DNA of 23,062 bases, from positions 1-23,062 of the forward strand of contig JANLSU010000100.1 in NCBI GenBank assembly GCA_031362565.1, written 5' to 3'. Source of the stretch: a bacterium. Its GTDB lineage: Bacteria; Krumholzibacteriota; Krumholzibacteriia; G020349025. The notes beneath the pieces are model-generated. The model saw nothing but the letters and a program-made list of their open reading frames with translations. It ran no database searches and had not been told where the DNA came from. A program made the position numbers and the translations under genes. Position 1 is the stretch's first letter. Each line of letters opens with the position of its first letter. Positions 1 through 9,410 of this stretch are shown one piece after another.

Positions 1-1
1 C

Positions 2-2116
2 GCGGGCCTTGTCGGGCTCGGAGAAGTAGTTGGAGAAGTCGGTCCCGATGAGCTCCTCCCGTGGCACCCCAGTCACGGTGACCGAGCCCGCGTTGACGTC
101 GGTGATCTTGCCCTCGGGACTGATGGTGACCAACGGGTCCAGGCTGGCTTCGATGAGGCTGCGCGCATACTGCGACGCTGTGCGTAGCTTGTCGTCGGCC
201 TGCTGGCGCGCCGTGTTGTCGGTGCCGATCAACAGATAGCCGATGATCGCACCCTGCGCATCACGCAGCGCCGTGACCGACACCACCGCCGGGAACCGGC
301 TCCCATCCTTGCGGATGTAGGTCAGCTCATAGATGTCCTCGATTCCGCGCGATGCCTTGAAGACGAGCGCTTCGAAACCCGGCGTAATGGTGGTCGCCAA
401 CTCGGCGCTCAACGCCTCGGCGCGCGCGACGACTTCCTGCGGATCGGAAATGTCCGCCGGTGTGATCTTGTTCATCACTTCAGTGGCCGTGTAACCCAGC
501 ATGCGTTCCGCGCCGACATTGAAGATCTGAATGACGCCCTTCGCGTCCGTCGCGATGCTCGAAAAATTGGCGCTGTTGAAAATCGCGCTCTGCAACGCCC
601 CCGTCTTGATCAGTACCTCTTCGGTCTCTCTACGGGTGGAGATGTCGCGCAAAACGCCCGTGAAATGGCGCTCTCCGGCCAGCCACATTGCGCTCAAGGT
701 AATTTCCAATGGAAACGTCCGCCCATCCTTGCGCCGGCCCACGACCTCGCGTCCGAGGCCGTTGGCGCGCTCCTGATCGCTCACGCACAAATACGCGATG
801 GGTTCCTTGCGTACGTCACTTTCCAGATCGGGGATCAGCAGGCTGAAATTCTGGCCGACGAGTTCCGAGGTCGCATAGCCGAACAACCGTTCGGCCCCCG
901 GATTCACCGTTTCGATGGTGCCTTCGCTGGCCTTGAGCGTGATGACGCCATCCGCCACGGTATTGAGAATCGTGTGAACTAGCGCCGCGCTGTCGCGCGC
1001 CGCCCTTGCCACCGCATACTCCTCGGTGACATCCCGGAACACGAGCACCGAACCGACCACCACTCCGCCCCGGTCTCGAATCGGCGCGCAGGTCTCGGCA
1101 ATCGCGCACTCGGTGCCATCACGGGCAATGAGAATCGTATGGTTGGACAGGCCGTGAACCGTTCCCTTCGTCAGCGCTTCCATGACCGGAATGGTCGAGG
1201 TGGCGCGGGTCTTCTGATTGATGATATGAAAGATCTCCTCCACCGGCCTCCCGGCCGCTTCCTTTTGCGTCCATCCGGTAAGTTTTTCGGCGACCGAATT
1301 CAGGAGTGTCAGGTGCCCCGCCGCATCTGTGGCAATCATCCCATCGCCGATGGAGTGCAGCGTGACGGCGAGCCTCTCCTCGCTGGCTTGCAACGTGACA
1401 TTCGCCTTGTCCAGCCGACCGTTCAATGCCACCTGCCCGTCGAGCAACCGTTGCGTTTCGCGCTGCACCACATTCTTCACCCGGTGCTGCATCTCCCGAT
1501 AGATCATGAAAGCGAACGCAAGCGCGAACAGCAGCGCCAATGCGCTCGCGGCAACGATCAGGCCAAAGAGAAGCCTCATCTTCGACTGAAATGCCGCCTC
1601 GTGTTCCGCCAGCGCACTTGCCTGGATCCTGGTAAAATCTTTCATCTCCGCACGAATCGAATCCATCAGTCGCTTGCCCTCGCCCGCATTCATCACTGCA
1701 ATGACCGCCGGCATGTCCTTGCTGCGTCGCAGCTCGATCAAATGCGCCGACGCCGCCAGCTTCGCCGCCATCAGCGGCACCACCGCATCCAGATGCTTCT
1801 GCGCCTCGACACTTAGCGTGGCCTGACGCAATTCCTTCAACTGCCCGTCGACGCGATCCCGTACCGCCGTATACGGCTCCAGAAACGCCTCGTCACCCGT
1901 CAGCCCAAAGCCGCGCTCCCCGGTCTCCGCATCCTTCAACGCCGACAGAAGATCGTCCGCATGATTGATCAGCACCCGCGAATGCTTCCGGGCTTCGGCG
2001 GTTTCTCCGATCTGCCGGAACGCCGAGAAAAACAACGCCGCACCCAGTGCAACCAGCACGACTGAGCTCGCCAACGAAGCTGTAATCTTATGCGTCGTCT
2101 TCATGGGAATGTTCAT
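2..2116 (-). CDS. CHASE3 + multi-PAS sensor protein (probable histidine kinase or diguanylate cyclase); 3' end runs off the window
   Basis: Not in the ORF track because it has no stop inside the window. Manual translation gives MNIPMKTTHKITASLASSVVLVALGAALFF (TM), the CHASE3 signature LKDAETGERGFGLTGDEAFLEPY, a second TM, then at least four PAS domains (e.g. IFNSANFSSIATDAKGVIQIFNVGAERMLGY; YARSLIEASLDPLVTISPEGKITDVN). Start and end segments are in the same frame. Alternative start ATG at 2104. Confidence 0.9.
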   Translation of the reverse strand, partial: MNIPMKTTHKITASLASSVVLVALGAALFFSAFRQIGETAEARKHSRVLINHADDLLSALKDAETGERGFGLTGDEAFLEPYTAVRDRVDGQLKELRQATLSVEAQKHLDAVVPLMAAKLAASAHLIELRRSKDMPAVIAVMNAGEGKRLMDSIRAEMKDFTRIQASALAEHEAAFQSKMRLLFGLIVAASALALLFALAFAFMIYREMQHRVKNVVQRETQRLLDGQVALNGRLDKANVTLQASEERLAVTLHSIGDGMIATDAAGHLTLLNSVAEKLTGWTQKEAAGRPVEEIFHIINQKTRATSTIPVMEALTKGTVHGLSNHTILIARDGTECAIAETCAPIRDRGGVVVGSVLVFRDVTEEYAVARAARDSAALVHTILNTVADGVITLKASEGTIETVNPGAERLFGYATSELVGQNFSLLIPDLESDVRKEPIAYLCVSDQERANGLGREVVGRRKDGRTFPLEITLSAMWLAGERHFTGVLRDISTRRETEEVLIKTGALQSAIFNSANFSSIATDAKGVIQIFNVGAERMLGYTATEVMNKITPADISDPQEVVARAEALSAELATTITPGFEALVFKASRGIEDIYELTYIRKDGSRFPAVVSVTALRDAQGAIIGYLLIGTDNTARQQADDKLRTASQYARSLIEASLDPLVTISPEGKITDVNAGSVTVTGVPREELIGTDFSNYFSEPDKAR

Positions 2117-2544
2117 CTGACCCCCGGATCCAAGCATTTCAACCTCATCACGCATTCAGACTACGCCACCACAACTCGCCTCCGCAATTGGAACTCTCCG
2201 CCAGCGGTCGTTTCCAATCATTGGAACTTGAACGCATCACCCGGACAACCAGGCCGCCCGACGCGGTGCCGGACAACGGGTCGCACGAGCGCACCGCGAC
2301 CAGTCGGACACGCGAGATTCCTCCGGTGCGCCTTGCCCCAGGCGGCAAGCCAAAAATGGCGATCGCGAAACCAGTGACAGAGCAACATGCCAAGCGTGGC
2401 GTCCGCGGCCGTGGATCAGGGGGCCGCCGCCTGAGGTCTACACACGTCTTGACTCAAGCCCCCATGGCCCGCCAACGTACAAACACAGGAGGAGACCCTA
2501 ATGAACCTCAAGATCACGAGGCTCGACGCGGAGCCGCAATCACT

Positions 2545-3078
2545 ATGAAGCCGCCATCGGGTCCCGTGGGCATGTCAGGCAAGGCGAAGGCCAAGGCCAA
2601 GGCCAAGGGCACGTCGCGGGCGAGCAAACCACGCAAGTCGGCCACCAAGTCCAAGTCCGCGCCGAAGCCTGGCGCGACCGGGAAACCCGCTTCCCGGCCC
2701 AGCGACTCGCGGATCCGCGACCAGGGGGATTGGCGCCAGGCGACCCTGGCTCGCATGCGGGAACTGATCCTGGAGGCCGACCCCGAGATGATCGAGGAGC
2801 GGAAATGGCGCAAGCCGTCGAACGCGATGGCGGGGGTTCCGGTCTGGTCGCACAACGGGATCGTCTGCACCGGGGAATCGTACAAGCAGGTCGTGAAGCT
2901 CACATTCGCCCGGGGCGCTAGCATCCCAGACCCATCTCGCCTCTTCAATTCCAGCTTGGAAGGCAACACGCGAAGGGCGGTCGACATCCACGAAGGGGAG
3001 ACGGTCGACGCGCGCGCGTTCAAGACGCTCGTGAAGGGCGCGGTGGCCCAGAATGGCCCGCCGGCGAAAAAACGGTAG
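2545..3078 (+). CDS. DUF1801 (YdhG-like) domain protein with Lys/Ala-rich N-terminal extension
   Basis: DWRQATLARMRELILEADPEMIEERKWRKPSNAMAGVPVWSHNGIVCTGESYKQVVKLTFARGASIPDPSRLFNSSLEGNTRRAVDIHEG matches the DUF1801 pattern. The real start is probably ATG 2545 or 2572, not 2188. Confidence 0.85.
   Translation: MKPPSGPVGMSGKAKAKAKAKGTSRASKPRKSATKSKSAPKPGATGKPASRPSDSRIRDQGDWRQATLARMRELILEADPEMIEERKWRKPSNAMAGVPVWSHNGIVCTGESYKQVVKLTFARGASIPDPSRLFNSSLEGNTRRAVDIHEGETVDARAFKTLVKGAVAQNGPPAKKR
2581..2610 (+). repeat. 6-bp tandem repeat (AAGGCC)n encoding KAKAKAKAK
   Basis: aaggcg aaggcc aaggcc aaggcc aagggc, in frame within the DUF1801 gene. Confidence 0.7.
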
Positions 3079-3150
3079 ACCCTGAGTCATCCTCGCAACG
3101 CATTCTGGTAATCCGCGGCGCCGGCCGCCGCATCGCACTCTGGAGAAACG

Positions 3151-3945
3151 ATGACCGACCCGTTCGCGCAGTTCAAAGCGGTGCAGCGCGAGGGCTGGTC
3201 GCTCTTTGCACCACTCGCCATCTTTACGACGATGCCGGCGGCCAATCTGGTTCGATTCGCCGGAGTGGAACCGGGCCAATCGGTTCTCGACGTCGCCTGC
3301 GGAACGGGCGTCGTGTCGGTGACCGCGGCGCGGTCGGGCGCGCAGGTTCGTGCCCTGGATCTCTCGCCGGCACTGCTCGAACACGCGCGCAAGAATGCCC
3401 AGATCGCCGGCACGAAGATCGAATTCGTCGAAGGCGATGTGGAAGCGTTGCCGTACGCAGACGAGTCCTTCGATGTCGTGCTGAGTCAGTTCGGCCACAT
3501 GTTTGCGCCGCGGCCCGACGTTGCTGCCTCCGAAATGCTACGCGTGCTGCGGCCGGGCGGACGGATTGCGTTTTCGACGTGGCCGCCGGATCAGATCCTG
3601 GGGCGCATCTTCGCGCTCGTGAGCCGGTACACGCCGCCGCCGCCTGGAGTCGCCGCGCCCCCCGCGTGGGGCGATCCGAACATCATCGCGGAGCGTCTCG
3701 GGACCCGCGTGAAGGACCTCCACTTCGACCGCGCTTTGGTGCAAAGACCCGTGTTGAGCCCGCAGCATCATCGCTTGGATATGGAAGCCACCAGTGGGCC
3801 GGTCACGACCTTGATCGCGAAATTGGCCGGGGAGCCGGAGAAACTCGCCGCATTTCGCGCCGACCTCGAAGCAATGGCCGCTCCATATATTGTCGGCAAC
3901 GCCGTGCAGCAGCATTACTTGATGACGCGGGCGACGAAGGCGTAG
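3151..3945 (+). CDS. Class I SAM-dependent methyltransferase (UbiE/Methyltransf_11-like)
   Basis: Motif I VLDVACGTG, GDVEALPYADESFDVVLSQFG, EMLRVLRPGG; GGAG RBS upstream. Confidence 0.93.
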   Translation: MTDPFAQFKAVQREGWSLFAPLAIFTTMPAANLVRFAGVEPGQSVLDVACGTGVVSVTAARSGAQVRALDLSPALLEHARKNAQIAGTKIEFVEGDVEALPYADESFDVVLSQFGHMFAPRPDVAASEMLRVLRPGGRIAFSTWPPDQILGRIFALVSRYTPPPPGVAAPPAWGDPNIIAERLGTRVKDLHFDRALVQRPVLSPQHHRLDMEATSGPVTTLIAKLAGEPEKLAAFRADLEAMAAPYIVGNAVQQHYLMTRATKA

Positions 3946-4079
3946 ATGAATCCGTAGCTGCTACAGCGCGCCGCGCCGCCGCCGGAGCGCCGTCCGCCGC
4001 CAGCGAAGCACGAGTGCCAGCCCCACGGCCACCAGGCCGCCTCGCAACAGCCCGTCGAACACGTGCGGTAGCACACGCG

Positions 4080-4088
4080 TGGTACACT
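4080..4088 (+). promoter_or_regulatory. Candidate extended -10 promoter (TGgTACACT) for the LRR lipoprotein
   Basis: TG-n-TACACT lies ~60 nt upstream of ATG 4148; no clear -35. Confidence 0.35.
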
Positions 4089-4147
4089 CGCGACGCTGAA
4101 CCCTCGCTAGTCGGGGCACGCTCACCGGCGTGTCTACGGGTGATGAG

Positions 4148-5422
4148 ATGTCGACGTCGCACGCGCGAACATTTGTAGACGGACGCTGGCTGCACCGGCT
4201 TCTACTGACGGCCGCGTTCTGCACGTTGGCCTTCGTGGCATGCAACTACCGAGCGCCGACCGGCCCTGTCGTTCGACGCGGTGGCTTCCAGATTCACTCG
4301 CAGGCGGAACTCGAAGCATTGGCCGGCGTCGAGGAAATCGACGGCAGCGTGCTCATCGAGGCGGACCGATTCGTGGCGTCGGATCCGGTAAGAGATCTTG
4401 GCCCTCTTCGCCACTTGGTGGCGGTCACGGGCAGCCTGCGCATCGAAGACGCCGATTCGATTCGTTCCCTGGACGGTCTCTCGAGCCTGGTATCGGTCGG
4501 CGACAACTTCTACATCGGTCGGAACGACAACCTCCTTTCTCTAGCTCCGCTCCGCAATGTGCGGCATTGTGGATTGGCTTTTTTCGTCCAGGACAACGAC
4601 CGGTTGAAGTCTCTCGATGGTTTGCAAGGTTTAGGAGATGTCGAGGGCAACGCCGTGCTTCAAATCGCCCTCAACGACTCGCTGGAGACCCTGCTAGGCC
4701 TCGGTAATTTGCGAACCCATGTCAGGGTACCCCACTCGACGGACTGCTGGATCGCGATCGTCGCGAACCCTCGGTTGCGAAGCCTCGAAGGGCTCGAACG
4801 GTTGCAAAGGGTTGTAGGACTTCGCATCGGCGACAACAACGCGCTCGAGGACATCGATGCCCTTCGTGGCCTTCGCGTGGCGCACGAACTCGTCATCGGA
4901 GCCCTCCCTGCCTTGCGCGACCTTTCCGCTCTGGCTGGGATGGAATCCTGCTCGACGCTACGGCTCGGTAGTCTGCCGGTATCGAGCCTGGCTCCGTTGC
5001 AGGACGTGAGCATCGGCAGCATCGATCTGAGAGATCTCCCGATCGAGGACTTCTCGGCCTTCGCGCGCCTCGTGGCTCTTCAGGAACTCTGGATCGAGAG
5101 GCTGCCGCTCGTGAACAGTTTCCGAGGACTCGAGCGTCTCGAACGGTTGGAGCGTCTCTCGATCCTGGACAGCCCGTCCATGACGAGCCTCCAGGGACTC
5201 GACGGACCACGCGCGATGGAATTCGTCCGCATCGCGGGCAATCGGCACTTGTGTCCGAGTGTCATTGATTTGTGGTTGAGCGCCATCCAGGTCGCTAACG
5301 CACCCATGATCGAGAACAACGGCGAATGTCCCGACAACCCCGCCCCCGAAGCGATCCTGAGTGTTCATCGGACGACCACCATTCGACGCGTCAGCGCCCG
5401 TTTCGGCGTCTGCAACCGATAG
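4148..5422 (+). CDS. Leucine-rich repeat / receptor L-domain putative lipoprotein
   Basis: Hydrophobic segment ending in lipobox-like FVAC; repeats of the form LxSLxGLxxLxxVxxxxxIxxNxxL; C-terminal cap GNRHLCPS...NNGEC. The last ~19 codons overlap an antisense gene remnant. Confidence 0.8.
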   Translation: MSTSHARTFVDGRWLHRLLLTAAFCTLAFVACNYRAPTGPVVRRGGFQIHSQAELEALAGVEEIDGSVLIEADRFVASDPVRDLGPLRHLVAVTGSLRIEDADSIRSLDGLSSLVSVGDNFYIGRNDNLLSLAPLRNVRHCGLAFFVQDNDRLKSLDGLQGLGDVEGNAVLQIALNDSLETLLGLGNLRTHVRVPHSTDCWIAIVANPRLRSLEGLERLQRVVGLRIGDNNALEDIDALRGLRVAHELVIGALPALRDLSALAGMESCSTLRLGSLPVSSLAPLQDVSIGSIDLRDLPIEDFSAFARLVALQELWIERLPLVNSFRGLERLERLERLSILDSPSMTSLQGLDGPRAMEFVRIAGNRHLCPSVIDLWLSAIQVANAPMIENNGECPDNPAPEAILSVHRTTTIRRVSARFGVCNR

Positions 5423-5448
5423 AAGTACACGCCGGAGCCAACTCGCAC
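5365..5448 (-). pseudogene. Orphan 3' fragment of a T9SS type-A/FlgD-Ig C-terminal sorting domain
   Basis: Minus strand reads VRVGSGVYFYRLQTPKRALTRRMVVVR-stop (TGA 5367-5365), the classic SGvYfYrL...TrKmvvlr terminus. No credible upstream coding part. Confidence 0.7.
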
Positions 5449-5562
5449 GCGGTGCGGCGTCGGACGCGGGGAATTCCGGACCCTTCTAGGTCCCGGATTC
5501 AAGTACGGCCGAGCGAGGCCGACCGAACAAACAGCGGTCACCAACGCGCAATGCCCCGTGTC

Positions 5563-6527
5563 TCATCGGTAGAGCCGCTTCAGATCGCTCCACGTCTTGG
5601 ACTCGACGCGCACGGTTCGCAGGTCTGACGCGATCCAAATGTTGGCGCACCCGGAGCGGTCGGATGTGAAGGCGATCCGCGTGCCGTCGGGCGACCACGA
5701 GGGTTCGACGTCGCCTGCAGGATCGGTCGTGACTTGTGACAGGGCGCCGCTCGAGACGCGCACGACCCAGAGATCAAGATTGCCGCTGCGATCGGACGAG
5801 AATGCGATCAACTCGCCATCGGGCGACCAGCTCGGGTCCCCGTCCGCAGCGACGTCGTCCGTGATCCGGCGCGGTTCGCCGCCTTGTGCCGAGACGATCC
5901 ACAGATCCGAGCGTCCATCGCGCCCCGAGCCGAATGCGATCCACTGGCCATCGCGCGACCAAGCCGGGCTCCGGTCGGGGCCGGAAGTCAGTTGAATCGC
6001 ACTGCCGCCTGCAGCCGGGACGGTCCGGAGACCCGTAGCCCAATCGCTGTAGGCGATGGAGGCGCCATTCGGCGACCATGCGGGTTCGCGGCCGTCCAAA
6101 TTGAGTGAAGTGAGCAACGACTCCGCGACGCCACAGATCCACAGACTCGAAGGTGCCGAGAAAACGATCCGATCGCCGCCCGGTGACCAGGCAGGATCCA
6201 TGTTGAGGGGCCATGCCAGGTTCCCGGCAGGTTCTGGTTGGGGATTCCGAACCATCCGCCTCCGTCGGCACCTACTACGGCAATCCAATCGTGGGCTTCG
6301 TAGGGGAAATAGGAATCCACCGTCCACGATGTGACGGCGATCTTGGTGCCGTCGGGCGACCATGCGGGAGACCCTACACCATTGTCGTAGTTTGACGTCG
6401 CGAACGTAATCTGCTGAAACCCGGTGGCGTTGGCGTCGTGCACCGAGAGACAGACGACGGCAAGGATGACACTGCGAACAAATCGTGAACGCCATGGCGA
6501 AATCTGCCGAGGGGCGAGACCGTGCAT
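5563..6527 (-). pseudogene. TolB-like PD40/WD40 beta-propeller secreted protein, split by one frameshift near 6205-6215 (real or sequencing error)
   Basis: ATG 6527 with GGAGG RBS. Signal peptide and GSPAWSPDGTKIAV are in one frame; NMDPAWSPGGDRIVF and five more P[AS]WS[PR][DN]G repeats ending VESKTWSDLKRLYR are in another frame. The switch is near the C-run at 6207-6210. Confidence 0.8.
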
Positions 6528-6715
6528 TACTGCACCTCCAGGCGAGATTGGCAACGCGGTAAGCATAGGCGTGTTCCACTCCAGGTGCAAGCAGTGCCTC
6601 CTTCAGACTCCCTTGACACCATTCCTGTCCTGGGGAAGGATGCACGGCATCTGGTTTGATTGTGTTGGGGGCGCCGAACTCAGGCCGGACGCTTCGTATC
6701 GCCAAGGGTGGGATC

Positions 6716-8617
6716 ATGACCGCACATTGTTCCGCACCATGGGGTGGCCGTTGGCGCGCTGGCGCCGTGGTGTTCTGCGTCGCGTTTCTCGCTACCCGCG
6801 CCGCCGCCCTCCCCGGCGACAACGAACACTGGTCGCAAGTCCGCACCCGCAACTTCATCCTTCTCGGGCGCAGCGACCCCAACGACCTCATCCGCACCGG
6901 CCTTCGCCTCGAGCGCTTCCGTGCAGTGCTCGAGAACGGGCGCGCCCCGAGCCCCGAGAGCGGCGTCTCGCCGACGACGATCATCGTCTTCAAGGACGAA
7001 CTTTGTTTTGCGCCCTACAAGCGCACTGCCGACGGCAAGACCGCCGGGTACGGTGGTATCTTCGTGCCGGGCGTCGACCGCAACTACATCGGCATGAACG
7101 CCGATTGGGACGATGACGAATCCAACATTGTATTTCACGAGTACGTGCACTTTTTCTTGAGCCACCGGTACGGCGACGTGCCGCTCTGGCTGCACGAAGG
7201 TCTGGCCGAGTACTACAGCACGTGCCGTATGAACAAGAATGAGGTTGATGTCGGGCGGCCGATCGACAGCCATGTCCAATACCTCGCCGAGAAACCGTTG
7301 ATGCCGCTCGGAGACCTCTTCGAGATGAACACCGATTCCAAGGACTATAGCGAAGGCGAGCGCCAGGGCGTTTTCTACGCCGAGTCCTGGGCCTTGGTCC
7401 ACTATTTGTTGCTTGGAAATGCGGCACGGGCCACGCAGCTGCAAACGTTCCTGGACTCGAGCGGTGGTCTCATCTCGCAGCCGGATGCCTTCACCCAAGC
7501 GTTCGGAGCCGGCCACGAGGCGATGCAACAACAACTCGACGATTACGTGCACAACGCCGATTTCCGCTATCTCCACCTCAAGTTCTCGAGTCTCACCACC
7601 GACGAGACGGCAGAGGTCCTACCGTTGTCGCGTCCGGAGTTGCTGTACACGCTGGGCGACTATGTGGCGCACGTGACGCCATGGCAGGTCGAGGCGGCAG
7701 AAGCCCATTTGCGGGAGGCGCTGCGGCTCGATTCAAGCCACGCGCGGGCCCACGCCGCGCTCGCCGCGCTCCTCGCGAAGCGCGACGCGTGGCCCGAGGC
7801 TGAAGAACATTTTCAGAAGGCGATCGAAACAGGGTCGGCGGATGCTCTGCCGTTTTACCTGTACGGCAAAGCGCAGCTCGAGCGTGGCATGGCGCACCGG
7901 CGCGACGTCGCCATAAATCCGGGCCCGCTGCCCGAATCGATCCAGGCAGCGCGCGGCCTGCTGGCGCGGAGCGTCGAACTCGCGCCCAACTTTGCCGAGG
8001 CGTCCGTCGCCCTCGGCTGCACCTACCTCTACGACCCTGGCGATTTGACCGATGGGATCGCTGCGCTCGATCATGCGCGCCAACTCCTCCCGGCCCGCAT
8101 GGACATTCCTCACAACCTGATGATGTTGTGTTTGCGGCGCGGCGACCGCACGAGCGCCGAAACGCTTGCCAACGAAGTTCTCTTGCACAGCCGCGACGCG
8201 ACGATTATTGCCGACGCCAACCAGGTTCTTGAACGGTACGACCAACATCTGGAAGGGAAGCAGTTTAGCGAAGGCGTCGCCAAGTTGAACGCACACGACT
8301 ACACGGGCGGCATCGCGATCCTGGAAAGCCTGCGGGCGACGACTCAGAACTCCGAGCTCGCCGGGCAAATCGACAAACTGCTTCGCGAGGTCCAGGCGGC
8401 AAGGCAGGACGACGCAAAGGCCGCTGCCTTGAACCGGCAAATCGACGAATACAACGTCGCGTCCCAGAAAACCCGGGAAGGCGACTATGCCGGCGCGATG
8501 GCGATCTTGCGGCGGCTCGCGCCCCAGGTGACCGACCCGGATCTCGCGAAGCACGTGAAGCAACTCACGAAAGACCTCCGTACGGCTCTGGATGCGACCT
8601 CGCCGGCACGCCGCTGA
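6716..8617 (+). CDS. Secreted DUF1570/peptidase-MA-like (gluzincin) protein with C-terminal TPR repeats
   Basis: Signal peptide; WSQVRTRNFILL; HEYVH followed by PLWLHEGLAEYY; FYAESWALVHYLL; TPR-like helices (AEAHLREALRLDSSHARAHAALA). ATG 6716 preferred over TTG 6656. Confidence 0.8.
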   Translation: MTAHCSAPWGGRWRAGAVVFCVAFLATRAAALPGDNEHWSQVRTRNFILLGRSDPNDLIRTGLRLERFRAVLENGRAPSPESGVSPTTIIVFKDELCFAPYKRTADGKTAGYGGIFVPGVDRNYIGMNADWDDDESNIVFHEYVHFFLSHRYGDVPLWLHEGLAEYYSTCRMNKNEVDVGRPIDSHVQYLAEKPLMPLGDLFEMNTDSKDYSEGERQGVFYAESWALVHYLLLGNAARATQLQTFLDSSGGLISQPDAFTQAFGAGHEAMQQQLDDYVHNADFRYLHLKFSSLTTDETAEVLPLSRPELLYTLGDYVAHVTPWQVEAAEAHLREALRLDSSHARAHAALAALLAKRDAWPEAEEHFQKAIETGSADALPFYLYGKAQLERGMAHRRDVAINPGPLPESIQAARGLLARSVELAPNFAEASVALGCTYLYDPGDLTDGIAALDHARQLLPARMDIPHNLMMLCLRRGDRTSAETLANEVLLHSRDATIIADANQVLERYDQHLEGKQFSEGVAKLNAHDYTGGIAILESLRATTQNSELAGQIDKLLREVQAARQDDAKAAALNRQIDEYNVASQKTREGDYAGAMAILRRLAPQVTDPDLAKHVKQLTKDLRTALDATSPARR

Positions 8618-8686
8618 CTTCACGCCGTTCGTCCGGCGCGGCCGGAGGGCCCGTCAGCCGGGACCAAAGGTCTCAGAGCGTCGGAA

Positions 8687-8715
8687 TTGACACGCGTCAC
8701 GTGACAAGCTACACT
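8687..8715 (+). promoter_or_regulatory. Sigma-70 promoter of higBA with palindromic operator
   Basis: TTGACA (8687-8692), 17-nt spacer, TACACT (8710-8715). Perfect palindrome GTCACGTGAC (8696-8705) sits in the spacer. ATG at 8722 is at the expected +1. Confidence 0.8.
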
Positions 8716-8721
8716 TGTATC

Positions 8722-9004
8722 ATGATCAAGACGTTTGCGGACCGGCACACGCAAGATCTGTACGCGACGGGCAAGTCGAAACGGTTTCCGGCGGACGTCG
8801 TCAAGCGAGCCAGACGGAAACTGGAGTACATCGACCTGGCGGCTCGACTTGACGACCCAAGGGTCCCACTGGGCAACAGGCTTCATGCACTTGAACGGAA
8901 CCGTGCCGGACAACATTCGATCTCGGTCAAACGACCAATGGCGCATTTGCTTTCAATTCGTTGATCGCGACGCTTACGATGTCGAGATCACCGACTACCA
9001 CTAA
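8722..9004 (+). pseudogene. higB: HigB (RelE/ParE-family) toxin, frameshifted
   Basis: MIKTFADRHTQDLYATGKSKRFPADVVKRARRKLEYIDLA...GNRLHALERNRAGQHSISV continues in another frame as NDQWRICFQFVDRDAYDVEITDYH; one extra A in AAA 8929-8931. Confidence 0.85.
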
Positions 9005-9018
9005 TGACGAGGGGTGAG

Positions 9019-9333
9019 ATGAGCGTTCGGAATACCGGCCGACGGAAGGTTCGGCCCACCCATCCAGGCGAGATGCTTCGGGAGGATTTCCTCCCGGACT
9101 ACGGTCTCACCGTCTCCGGTCTTGCCGCGGCGCTGGGCGTCTCGCGTCAAACCATGAACGAATTGCTCCGGGAGCGCCGTGCCGTTAGTCCGGAAATGGC
9201 ACTTCGGCTCTCACGTCTATTCGGCAACTCGCCGGAGTTCTGGCTCAATGCGCAGCGCGCAGTGGATCTCTGGGATGCGGCAAGGGCCCTCAAGGCGCAG
9301 GTTGCGCACATCAAACCGCTCAAGGTCGCCTAA
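9019..9333 (+). CDS. higA: HigA antitoxin (HTH-XRE)
   Basis: PTHPGEMLREDFL...LAAALGVSRQTMNELLRERRAVSPEMALRLSRLFGNSPEFWLNAQ. Start ATG 9019 (GAGGGG RBS) or 9004. Confidence 0.93.
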   Translation: MSVRNTGRRKVRPTHPGEMLREDFLPDYGLTVSGLAAALGVSRQTMNELLRERRAVSPEMALRLSRLFGNSPEFWLNAQRAVDLWDAARALKAQVAHIKPLKVA

Positions 9334-9410
9334 CATGCGCTGCCCGGCGGTCGTTGACGTCGGGCCTGGCAGCCTTGCCGACAGGCGTCTTCGCAGGTTC
9401 GAGGAGTGCT

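Noticed and set aside
2240..2312. Repeated CCGGACAAC (also 8906, near-copy 5330, near-complement 8628-8640) as attC/REP-like sites
   Set aside because: Only 9-12 bp, one copy is inside higB coding sequence, and no complete inverted-repeat site forms.
3961..4075. Minus-strand GLLRGGLVAVGLALVLRWRRTALRRRR resembling a TM-plus-basic sorting tail
   Set aside because: No start or upstream domain; easily produced by GC-rich sequence. At most a gene remnant.
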